Shown: positions 18,001 through 26,082 of the stretch, in pieces
How positions within the stretch are numbered: position 1 is the stretch's first letter
Layout: each line of letters opens with the position of its first letter
Source: a virus
Lineage: Duplodnaviria; Caudoviricetes
Length of the DNA: 26,503 nucleotides
Strand: one strand, 5' to 3'
Virus record (IMG/VR): IMGVR_UViG_3300030105_002953
Location: 1-26,503 of that record
Made by a program: the position numbers and the translations under genes
The notes under the pieces: generated by a model
What the model saw: the letters and a program-made list of their open reading frames with translations, nothing else
Databases searched by the model: none
Told to the model about the DNA's origin: nothing

Positions 18001-18079
18001 GAGATTAGCTCAAACATCTACAATCGGAGAACTAGAACTTCACGGTTATGGATATTATAATATTTTAATACAAGAATAA
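15059..18079 (+). CDS. Cys-rich putative tail appendage/adhesin with GCTD-type repeats, probable beta-propeller and a charged C-terminal anchor-like segment
   Basis: 1006 aa with about 63 Cys by manual count. GC[TPSEM]D..A.N[YW] repeats, a low-Cys beta-rich domain at about 16790-17770, and a compositionally distinct C-terminus LTKEEFLMNVV...FIERGK...GYGYYNI. Confidence 0.7.
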   Translation: MPNTAPWSSVELNSEGPNAVAPVNSGIGAKVGIVGRVVLGTTQDPSCPFGQCCPVINSTIGCFAMQNSLFVDWNEQFLNNTNTNTNFNGCTGYGNGLGCTVSSTCPNGNCAQGEYYNALPNINYNTGFPGAQWLIVAGIGNPGVIDGCVEIIDIVDETTWNTGQVTCPTDFVDGDGNSHPGGTSINYKDLNLHAIGGDPITVVETNCNSCVDNVLGCTDPFAINYHFNCAAAPVTPTLDDGCCIYPGCPDSSALNWTPPNINGCGTISNGSWVTGGPTDTSCCNYPGCSDNTTIPCDIGTPIITPSGPIPGPLGCVANYGDDCYGNLVIIPATGGNLVPPNPSTCWTNDCYYVGCTDMDAINYNSAAHGCEFPIPDGIGCCDYLGCEDITAVNYGLSCDGSFNVVTDKNTIPYGPCVPDNCIDPLIQGCMDDGCCVDGTSILVDPTPLPVGCTPGIDCVCDNGLHLCPPVSGPSVNSNFPTGCIPGIDCVGCNHDPDAEEHVPNMCTCEGGYVCNIDNNPSCTPSVDCCIDIYTSPIIAPYDWSLPNMFGPCNDSTSCAAELANCNLTCGPQDLEECAIFMNDKEGNVYFYGPPDTNPNQLTQLFKDDMFDENAAGKDTSGSWDIANTADKLWLYSCRVQDGNYDDVFDGFMPDGVTDRNKGLIREYDITLNPFTVGGSGAIPVINPVFSRDIDITDICSNGYTDILLTGVNDNTDPLYHVGNGLVAKDNNTLIAAGKKVIEIDITTNTGVETELFTLPNLTYPSIDATTSFSGYSIGDIIYDSGTGDIILTYTDGFIGNPGRVGKFSQTAMGGAQMGLTSGGPSSWYEAQVQSYPTLPYLFGLFTWEIGTTLNWYASQAAINGAEVFDLDISTLGINPSLPIGNITTVSSGYVSNPIFGASQKDKCTPLEIYCCTDPTALNFVSVDCIDDGSCIYPSEGRGGCMPRLTKEEFLMNVVQKPETQSDVFIERGKVSVFERPQRLAQTSTIGELELHGYGYYNILIQE
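15704..16365 (+). repeat. Tandem GCxD-x-x-A-x-N-[YWF]...DG-x-C-x-Y protein repeats (six copies; further copies at 17798 and 21872)
   Basis: GCTDPFAINY (15704), GCPDSSALNW (15797), GCSD (15917), GCTDMDAINY (16118), GCEDITAVNY (16211), GCMDD (16340). Also CCTDPTALNF..DDGSCIY (17798) and GCTDPAANNF..NDGTCTY (21872). Confidence 0.85.
16408..16527 (+). repeat. 27-nt direct repeat (25/27 identical) encoding GC[TI]PGIDCV
   Basis: tggttgtacacctggaattgattgtgt (16408-16434) versus tggttgtatacccggaattgattgtgt (16501-16527), 93 nt apart and in frame. Confidence 0.85.
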
Positions 18080-18080
18080 T

Positions 18081-19013
18081 ATGGCTTTAGGAAATTATGG
18101 GATTAAAAGACCCGCAGATGTGTCCCCAAATGATGTCGAAATGATATATCATTATCAAGCTACTAGAGATGCTGGTAGTTCTTTTACTTTAGGAACTTTA
18201 CCGTCGTCAAATCTAACCTATCACGTACATAACTCTAAAACTTCACTAAACAGACCTAACGCTGTAGCTGGGAGTACTATTCTAGGTGGTTTATACTCAT
18301 TAAATCTACCATCTAGTGTCTTTAGTAATAAGGGTTATTATACGGTTTTTATTAGACCAGTAGAAATTAGAACAACAATATTAGATTGTGGTATACTATC
18401 CGCACTACCAAATGTCAAAGGGTTAGTTATTGATTTAACACAAGTACCTCAACAATTCAAAAACAGATTTGTTAATAGTGGGTTAGTTGGTTATAGGGTA
18501 GAGTATATGAATTCCGAAGCTAGTGGGACTAAAATACCTAACTTTTTTAGAATAGTAACTTCTAGTTTCTACTGTGAACGAGTACAAAATACCGCATCAA
18601 ACCCTAACAAAGTATCACCAAGATATGCTTACACTGACTCACCATCAAATCTAGTTTTTCTGACACTATCACCAAGTAGTGCACCAACTAACCAACCAAA
18701 CGCGATACCCGATATTGGTAAAGCTGGACAAAATATTATAATAACAAATACTTATTTTAACCCAGTTGTGTTAGAGGTTGAAATGGCAGACCATGATTTT
18801 GATACGTTAGCTATAGGTCTATATGGAAACCAAACAAAATCTATAGAAGATGGGATATATACAATGTATGACCTATCTGGTGTTAATAATATTTATAAGC
18901 AATATAATTTATTTGAAATTAGAGACCAGTTTGATGAAAAATTATTTGAAGTTAGACAGGATAGAGGAAATCAAGTAGACTTTAGTAAACAATTTGGTAC
19001 AATAATTAGTTAA
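18081..19013 (+). CDS. Hypothetical virion structural protein (310 aa)
   Basis: Coupled ORF (TAA-T-ATG) with a normal globular beta-rich composition (GGLYSLNLP...GYYTVFIRP). It sits immediately upstream of the gpI-like gene. Confidence 0.7.
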   Translation: MALGNYGIKRPADVSPNDVEMIYHYQATRDAGSSFTLGTLPSSNLTYHVHNSKTSLNRPNAVAGSTILGGLYSLNLPSSVFSNKGYYTVFIRPVEIRTTILDCGILSALPNVKGLVIDLTQVPQQFKNRFVNSGLVGYRVEYMNSEASGTKIPNFFRIVTSSFYCERVQNTASNPNKVSPRYAYTDSPSNLVFLTLSPSSAPTNQPNAIPDIGKAGQNIIITNTYFNPVVLEVEMADHDFDTLAIGLYGNQTKSIEDGIYTMYDLSGVNNIYKQYNLFEIRDQFDEKLFEVRQDRGNQVDFSKQFGTIIS

Positions 19014-19015
19014 TA

Positions 19016-22000
19016 ATGACAGAAAAAAAGAAATTTTACTACCCACCAGCACCACCAAGTGGTGCGGGTACTTTTAGTGATGACTTAGTCGGATTCCAAT
19101 ACACACAAGGTTCCGCACAAATGACTCTTGGTAATTTTTCTATAGACGATAATTCTAGTACTACACAATCTAGAAATTTTGATTTAGGTGGGTTTTCAGG
19201 CCCTATAACTTTAGAACAATTAAGTGCTGGTGATACACATTTAATACAGAGTAATTTAAATAATAGTTTATTAGTTGAATTTAATTATGACAATAGTGAT
19301 GTAACTAATTTTGTATTATATGGGTCATTAAAAGATAGGTTTAGAGTAGCGGCCCAACAAATAATTAACTTTTTTCCAGCAGCTTTATATTTTAATGGGG
19401 TAAATCAAGTATATGGGTCATTAGGTAATACGGTAGATAGTATTTCATACGACCCTGTTTATAATAGAACCACACTAACCGTATCCAAACTTAAAGTATC
19501 AAACCCATTTGATTTAGAATATACCACAGCTGGGGAGTTAGAGTTAGGTAATTCTTTAACAATGGATTATTTAGTAGACGACCCAACAACTGGTAAAATT
19601 ACAAACACGACACTTAAAGCTAAAGCGGGTAAAATATCCCCCTTAAGAAATTTTTCCTTAGAGTATAAAAAATATAGTTTTAGTTTAAATGGTAGTGGTA
19701 AAACCGAATACCCAATTGTGGAGTACACGCCTATTGAAACTGGTGAAGATAATTTAGTGATAGTATTATCTGGAGCTCCCTTTGGTACAACAGCAACCAC
19801 ATCAACCACCAAATTCTACATAAAACCAAATAATTTTGAAACTCAAACACAATTTAATAATTTTGATTCGGTAGAATCGTTCCTCCTAAATCAAAAAAGT
19901 ACACCACAGTACACAGCTGAAATAAACCTACCAAGACAAACAGAAAATGGTCAAAATTACACACGAAAACAAAAAGTAACTTGGGAAAAACAGGACCTAT
20001 GGAATATAGATGTAAGTACAGAAAAATATACAAATTACTTACAAACATTAGTTGATATAGGTGAGGAGTTAGATAACCATAAAACTAATTTAGTTTCTAG
20101 GTTTCTAACAACTGGAGCTTTAAAAGATTTTGATTCTGGTGGTAGAAAAGTGGAAAAAACATTACAAATCTATGGTAGGAGTTTTGATGATGTTAAAAAG
20201 TTTATAGATGGGATAGCTTACATGAATAATGTAACTTACGATAGTAAAAACAACGTACCAAACCAACTACTTAGAAATTTTGCAAAGATGCTAGGGTGGA
20301 AAACACCATCTACAACGACAAAAGAACAATTTTTAGACACAGTATTAGATAGGCATGAACCACAATATCCTGGTGAGTCAATAGGTATGACACCAGCAGA
20401 GTTGGATATAGAAATATACCGAAGGATTCTAATGAATACATCATACCTGTTCAAATCCAAAGGTACGAGAAAAGCGATTGAATTTTTATTTAGATTTATT
20501 GGTGCTCCAGAAGCTTTAATAGAATTTAATGAGTATGTGGTGTTAGCGGACTGTAAAATTAGAATGGGTAAACCAAACACACCAAAAGACCCAAGGTGTA
20601 ATAAGTTATTCGCTTTATTAAACGCTTCCACAAATAACGGACCTAAAAAATGTCCACCCGGAATGGTGTACGACCCAACAACTGGAAAATGTGGTAAACC
20701 ATCACAGGTTGGACCAAAACCTACTGGTCCGGACATTCTTAGCATACAACAAGCTATCACAATATTGGGTTGTGATGACGACGGTACTCCAGGATTCTTA
20801 AACCAATTCCAAACGATATCTGGTGGGGTAAGTACAACACAAGAATTCATACTAGACCCAATTACTAACTTAACACAAATATCGTCAACTACTAAATCCC
20901 ATGGGTTTGTAAGAGATGATTACCCCATAGATAATCAAGGTTACCCAACTAAACCTAGAGAAACACCACATTATTATTTCCAAAGAGGTGCTGGTTGGTT
21001 TGAAGAGACAGAAGAACATCACGGTGAAACTATAATAGATGTTGATAACTCAGTATTCTCCGGGTGTACACCTAGAGTAGTTACCAAACTAAACCAATTT
21101 AGTTGGGGTGGCTTTTTTGGTGATTTACCACCTGGTGTTACATCTAACGACCCGGGAGCTCCTTATCTAGAAAGATTTAGAAATTTTCCATACATGAAAC
21201 ATACGGGTTTTGGTTTAAAAGCTGTGGTGGACGATAAGAAATCTTGGGTTAAAATTGATAGTAAAAATGAAGATAGGGCCTATTCTTTTGAAAACGTAAG
21301 ATACGCTAATTACCATACCCACGATGAAAGATATGTTTTAAATGTTAAAAATGTTGACATATTTTTAAATGTAGGTCAGGCTTTGGTTTATGATGTATGG
21401 CAACAATCTATTTTAAGTGGTTGTCCATTCAGTGGGGGACCACTACCATTACCATACCCACAAGGTGGTGGGGTTGATAATACCGTAACACTTCTAAATG
21501 CTAAAAATTATTCATTTAAAGAATTCGTAAATACTTTTTGGAGAACATTTATAAACGTTAGAAATAGACAAACAATTGATGACGGTAAGACAGGTGGTTA
21601 CCCACTACTACAAAAATTATATATCGATTATTTATCCCAAGTGTGCGGTGAAAATAATCAATACACCTACCAAAAAATGCTGGACTATTCACAAAATCTA
21701 GGTACTTACTGGATTAGAATAATAGAACAATTAGTACCAACTACGACCTTATGGCAGGGAGGGTTAAAAATTGAAAACTCTATTTTCCACAGAGATAAGT
21801 TTTCGTACAAACACTACCCATCATTCCCATTACCAGGATTTAATAACCCACTTAAAGTTAATTATACCCCTGGTTGTACAGACCCAGCTGCTAATAATTT
21901 TAATTCTTTAGCGAACAGTAATGACGGTACCTGTACTTATGATTTAGGTGGTAATGAAGGTGGGTCCCACCCAGTAGGTGAAAGGATGTCGTGGGTTGGA

Positions 22001-22429
22001 ATAACTAGTCCAAATACAGGGACAACTTGTTCCAGTGGTTGTCAAAACACTGGTAGTACACAAACAAAAATAGAACCTAAAAATTCTAATAACATAACTA
22101 AACCATGTTCCTGTTGTTCATTACCAGAAAATAATATGGTTTTACAAATGAGACCATTAAGTGCTACATGTAAATCTGTCTGGCCTTCATTTATTGATTA
22201 TAATGGTCATTCAGCATCAACATCTAATACTGGGGTTAATAATAGTATTAATTTAATTACAGAAAGATTTGCCAGTAATGACTCCACAATTAATGGAGCT
22301 TATGATATTATTAGTGAAATGAATAATAATGTAATGTTTAGAGTAAAAAGGACATTACCTTTAAGTAAGAATAAAAAAGAACCTTGGGGTTATAAATTTG
22401 ATTTGGAAAAAAACTACAATAACTCATAA
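19016..22429 (+). CDS. Large baseplate wedge protein containing a P2 gpI / T4 gp7-like domain
   Basis: VPNQLLRNFAKMLGW...IYRRILMNTSYLFKSKGTRKAIEFLFRFIG (about 20250-20505) matches the tail-protein-I pattern (L..LA...G...R......Y..KGT..AI). Later IIEQLVPTT motif. Carries Cys-rich inserts. Confidence 0.72.
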   Translation: MTEKKKFYYPPAPPSGAGTFSDDLVGFQYTQGSAQMTLGNFSIDDNSSTTQSRNFDLGGFSGPITLEQLSAGDTHLIQSNLNNSLLVEFNYDNSDVTNFVLYGSLKDRFRVAAQQIINFFPAALYFNGVNQVYGSLGNTVDSISYDPVYNRTTLTVSKLKVSNPFDLEYTTAGELELGNSLTMDYLVDDPTTGKITNTTLKAKAGKISPLRNFSLEYKKYSFSLNGSGKTEYPIVEYTPIETGEDNLVIVLSGAPFGTTATTSTTKFYIKPNNFETQTQFNNFDSVESFLLNQKSTPQYTAEINLPRQTENGQNYTRKQKVTWEKQDLWNIDVSTEKYTNYLQTLVDIGEELDNHKTNLVSRFLTTGALKDFDSGGRKVEKTLQIYGRSFDDVKKFIDGIAYMNNVTYDSKNNVPNQLLRNFAKMLGWKTPSTTTKEQFLDTVLDRHEPQYPGESIGMTPAELDIEIYRRILMNTSYLFKSKGTRKAIEFLFRFIGAPEALIEFNEYVVLADCKIRMGKPNTPKDPRCNKLFALLNASTNNGPKKCPPGMVYDPTTGKCGKPSQVGPKPTGPDILSIQQAITILGCDDDGTPGFLNQFQTISGGVSTTQEFILDPITNLTQISSTTKSHGFVRDDYPIDNQGYPTKPRETPHYYFQRGAGWFEETEEHHGETIIDVDNSVFSGCTPRVVTKLNQFSWGGFFGDLPPGVTSNDPGAPYLERFRNFPYMKHTGFGLKAVVDDKKSWVKIDSKNEDRAYSFENVRYANYHTHDERYVLNVKNVDIFLNVGQALVYDVWQQSILSGCPFSGGPLPLPYPQGGGVDNTVTLLNAKNYSFKEFVNTFWRTFINVRNRQTIDDGKTGGYPLLQKLYIDYLSQVCGENNQYTYQKMLDYSQNLGTYWIRIIEQLVPTTTLWQGGLKIENSIFHRDKFSYKHYPSFPLPGFNNPLKVNYTPGCTDPAANNFNSLANSNDGTCTYDLGGNEGGSHPVGERMSWVGITSPNTGTTCSSGCQNTGSTQTKIEPKNSNNITKPCSCCSLPENNMVLQMRPLSATCKSVWPSFIDYNGHSASTSNTGVNNSINLITERFASNDSTINGAYDIISEMNNNVMFRVKRTLPLSKNKKEPWGYKFDLEKNYNNS

Positions 22430-25400
22430 TGGATATTATTGAAAAAAATGTAAAAAATACTAGTGATGTTGTTAGGTATACTAAAAACATTGATTTGAGA
22501 CAAGTAATGGATACATTACAAGTTAAAGTGTACGCAACTGGAAATGTAAGTGGTAGAAGGTACAACAAAAGTCAATTCATAACCATGGACTATGATGTAA
22601 ACATTCCAGTGCAGATGTACCAAATCTACCAGGGTAAAAAAATAATAGAAGCTTTTTTATACTTTAAAAAAGAAAATTTTAAATTTGGGGAGTTTAAAAT
22701 TAATAAAAAACCATTTTTATCAGATTTTATAATAAGACTTAATATAGAAAACGATAGGACTTTATCCTTAAAACAAGTAGGTGATAAAACAAATAAATCT
22801 CTACTATCCACTAAGGAGATTTATTCTATAGGGGAAATACCAGCTTTAAATAAGTTTGGTAGACCTAGACAGGGGAAGACACACCAGATAGAAATGTTAT
22901 TACCACAAATTAGTGAAAATGAAGAATTATCTAAAACTTACTTAAATTTAGGTTTTGATGTTGATTTAAGAGCGTTTAGCACCACAGGCCCTGTAACTAG
23001 TATATTCTTTAAACTAACGACACCCAAACCAAACACAAATATAGTAAGAAAGTATTTTAAAGATAAAACCGGAGATGTTGATACGGTAACTCTAGTAGAA
23101 CCAAGAAGGATTAAAACATTAAGTAAAGCACCAACAAGTTACATTAAAATGGAAAGCAAAGATTTGGAGTTGGGTCAAATTAAGTTTAACTACTTTGAAT
23201 ACTTCCAATCACTAAATCAAGAATATACAGATTATTATTTAAAATCTTCTGATGTTTATATTGTTAAAAATGATGAAAACTATAACCTAACTATGGGTAA
23301 CTTTCTAAAAAATAGTACTAAAGAAATACCATACAACGTATCTAGAAAATTAGACGGTAATACTATAAAACCATCTTCACCTTACTATGAAAAAGGTTTA
23401 AAAAAATACCCATTAAATTGGGTTTCTGAGTTACGTAACAACGAATATTTTAGTCAACTGGAAAGATGTATTGAAGTTAGTTTTTATTCTTCAGAACATT
23501 TAGATAGTTTTGAACAAGCTTTAAAAGAAAATCAAATAGCAAATATAGAAACATATTCGGGTGATGGTGGTAAAAAACCTAGGCTGTACAATAATATTAG
23601 TGAGTGGGTTGAAAGAACTAACAATGATTATTTTAACGATTTAAGGATTGAATATAACACTGGTGGTGTTTTAAAAAATATGACTATTTGTCCATCTAAA
23701 GAAACTAAGGTTAACGAATATAGTAAAAAAAATATATGGGATGGTAGTAGGTGTAAATGTATGTACTCTAATGATACAAATGATAAACTAACCACACTTT
23801 TAATTAATTCACAAGAAGAAAACTGTACTAAAGCTTGTAAAAAAACAAAAATAGATAATAGTTTTGCTAAATGTTGGACTTGTGAAGAAGAATATTACGC
23901 ACCAATAAAAGACTTAAGGAATGACTTTTTTGGTACAACATTCTCAACGATAAGAGAATCCTTCTCAGGAGCCACTTTATATACGGGGTATACATCAGGT
24001 GCTATAACTGGTAGTAACACGTATGATATATATTTTTCAGGTAATGGATATACCGCAACCACAGAAAATACAGGAGTAGCTATACCAATAACCAACATAA
24101 GTAGAATAGAACATAGACCTTTTATAGGCGTAAACTCACCAAGTTGGGTACCATATAATTCATGGCAAAATTTATCAGCACAAACAGGTACAAGTCTTTC
24201 ACTTTCTGGTCAAGGTGCGGTTATAGTACAAAGTGGCGACCCAATAAACTACATGGTATATAAAAGTTTAAGTGGTGGAACTTATAAATTCCAATATAAC
24301 GCTTACTTAGATGTTAAATATACAGATAGTAAATGGTGTGAATATATAAGTAGTAACTATATTTCGGGTAGTACACAATCAATAGGTTACCCAAGTACCG
24401 AATACGAACTTAAAAGATTAATAAATTCATCTATAATAGAAAAGGGATTAACCGAAGGAAAAACCGTAAAAGAAGATACTAATGGAATTTATTTTCCAGG
24501 GAAAAACGGGATAAATAACAATACGGGTATAATAGATTTTAATTTAGAAGTTTTTTTAGAAAAAGAAAATACAAGTGGTGTTAAAACTAATCTTTTAACC
24601 ACGGTTATTGGTGCTAGTCCACTAACCAACACTTCAGCTAATCAATACCTATTAACCCAAACTAATGTAGTACAAAATAGTATGAGTGGGTTTAGTAATT
24701 GTTACGCTTCTGGTAGTTCAGCAAATACAATATTCCACACTAGAATACCGATAACCTTAGACACTGGACTTATTTCTTTAAAAAGTGGTGAGACGGTATC
24801 TTTAAAATACAACACAAACTTTTCTGTAACTTCTAAATTAACCGGTGGTAAAGCTAACCTTCAGATGAACTTAGGGAATAAACTAGATTTATCTGGTAAT
24901 CCGATACAATCACCATTTTATAGAGTGACAAAATACAGTCCAAGTACCGGCAATACTAGTAATTTAGAAAAAAAGTTTTTTATGAACGCACAAAAACTTT
25001 CAGCACCAGAAGAGTACATAAACGATAGGAATCAAACGGCAAAACAAACATCTTTAGGTACCTTATATATGATAGATAAGGGTTATAGTCCGGTGAAACC
25101 ACCAACCATAAACTCACAAACATTTAACAACCTTATTTTTATAGATAATGGAAAAAACGATAAGAAATTTGATTTAAACATACAATCACGAAAACCAACA
25201 AATAATTGGGTAACACAACTACAAAGTAATAGTCTGGAAGATTACTACATACCAAACCAAAAAGAAATAGTAGAGATAAAATCTGGTATCTTAATATTTA
25301 ATTTACCAAGATATGACCAAAAAGATTCTGTTATTTGTAATTATAAATTTCCACAAATTAGTCATAGTTACGTTATAAAGAATACGATATCTAATGTTAG

Positions 25401-26070
25401 GGGTATGGATAAAGAACACTTTATCGTGGTAACACCTGATGAAAAATTATACACACCATGTTTTACACCAACACTAGACGAAAAAGTAGAATTAATTGAA
25501 AGTCAAATAAAAATAAAGGAGAGAGTCGATAATGTGGATAACCAGATATTAATTGATGGACAACCTATAATAATAAAAACAACAAGAGCTGAACCGTTAA
25601 CACAATTTAAATCCGATGAAGGGTTTAGATGTAAATTTTATTGTGTTTGTGAAGATAAAAAAGCAAATGTCCCATTACACCCATTTTATGGTACTACTGA
25701 TTTAATAACAGACACCTCTATAATTGATTGTGATGGTTGTGAAGAAAAGGCTGAGAATTATTGTGCTGGTGTTAATAGGTCGTGTATGCCAAAAGTTTTT
25801 ACAAATTCTTGTTTGGGTGATAAAAGTAATTTATATACAAGTGGTGACGAATATTTACTTCCTAATGGTGATGTTTATGTTGGCTTTTACCACATTCATG
25901 ATGATGTGTATATGGTGGGTGCTGCACATACTACCGAATCACATAATATAATAACACCAATAAGAGGAACTGTTAATCTAAGTACTATTAATTCTGTTGG
26001 TTCTGTAACAATAAACTACGATACTAATACTAATACTGGTGGTAATGGGGGTGGTGGTAATGGATATTAA
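22429..26070 (+). CDS. Large hypothetical multi-domain tail/baseplate-associated protein (1213 aa)
   Basis: TAATG-coupled ORF with a Lys-rich N-half, Cys clusters, an S/T/G-rich beta region, a C-terminal NLYTSGDEY...YVGFYHIH module and a Gly/Asn tail. Confidence 0.65.
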   Translation: MDIIEKNVKNTSDVVRYTKNIDLRQVMDTLQVKVYATGNVSGRRYNKSQFITMDYDVNIPVQMYQIYQGKKIIEAFLYFKKENFKFGEFKINKKPFLSDFIIRLNIENDRTLSLKQVGDKTNKSLLSTKEIYSIGEIPALNKFGRPRQGKTHQIEMLLPQISENEELSKTYLNLGFDVDLRAFSTTGPVTSIFFKLTTPKPNTNIVRKYFKDKTGDVDTVTLVEPRRIKTLSKAPTSYIKMESKDLELGQIKFNYFEYFQSLNQEYTDYYLKSSDVYIVKNDENYNLTMGNFLKNSTKEIPYNVSRKLDGNTIKPSSPYYEKGLKKYPLNWVSELRNNEYFSQLERCIEVSFYSSEHLDSFEQALKENQIANIETYSGDGGKKPRLYNNISEWVERTNNDYFNDLRIEYNTGGVLKNMTICPSKETKVNEYSKKNIWDGSRCKCMYSNDTNDKLTTLLINSQEENCTKACKKTKIDNSFAKCWTCEEEYYAPIKDLRNDFFGTTFSTIRESFSGATLYTGYTSGAITGSNTYDIYFSGNGYTATTENTGVAIPITNISRIEHRPFIGVNSPSWVPYNSWQNLSAQTGTSLSLSGQGAVIVQSGDPINYMVYKSLSGGTYKFQYNAYLDVKYTDSKWCEYISSNYISGSTQSIGYPSTEYELKRLINSSIIEKGLTEGKTVKEDTNGIYFPGKNGINNNTGIIDFNLEVFLEKENTSGVKTNLLTTVIGASPLTNTSANQYLLTQTNVVQNSMSGFSNCYASGSSANTIFHTRIPITLDTGLISLKSGETVSLKYNTNFSVTSKLTGGKANLQMNLGNKLDLSGNPIQSPFYRVTKYSPSTGNTSNLEKKFFMNAQKLSAPEEYINDRNQTAKQTSLGTLYMIDKGYSPVKPPTINSQTFNNLIFIDNGKNDKKFDLNIQSRKPTNNWVTQLQSNSLEDYYIPNQKEIVEIKSGILIFNLPRYDQKDSVICNYKFPQISHSYVIKNTISNVRGMDKEHFIVVTPDEKLYTPCFTPTLDEKVELIESQIKIKERVDNVDNQILIDGQPIIIKTTRAEPLTQFKSDEGFRCKFYCVCEDKKANVPLHPFYGTTDLITDTSIIDCDGCEEKAENYCAGVNRSCMPKVFTNSCLGDKSNLYTSGDEYLLPNGDVYVGFYHIHDDVYMVGAAHTTESHNIITPIRGTVNLSTINSVGSVTINYDTNTNTGGNGGGGNGY

Positions 26071-26082
26071 AATATATAAAAA

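Noticed and set aside
885-24098. Minus-strand ORFs of 61-204 aa (e.g. 3360-3779, 4408-4860, 8162-8713, 20236-20850)
   Set aside because: All lie antisense to long, motif-bearing + strand genes and show no recognisable motifs. They are shadows of codon bias.
8665-25951. Short alternative-frame + ORFs (8665-8880, 10688-10909, 16407-16607, 25724-25951)
   Set aside because: Fully nested in larger genes. Their hydrophobic look arises from frame-shifted TGT/GGT/GAT-rich codons.
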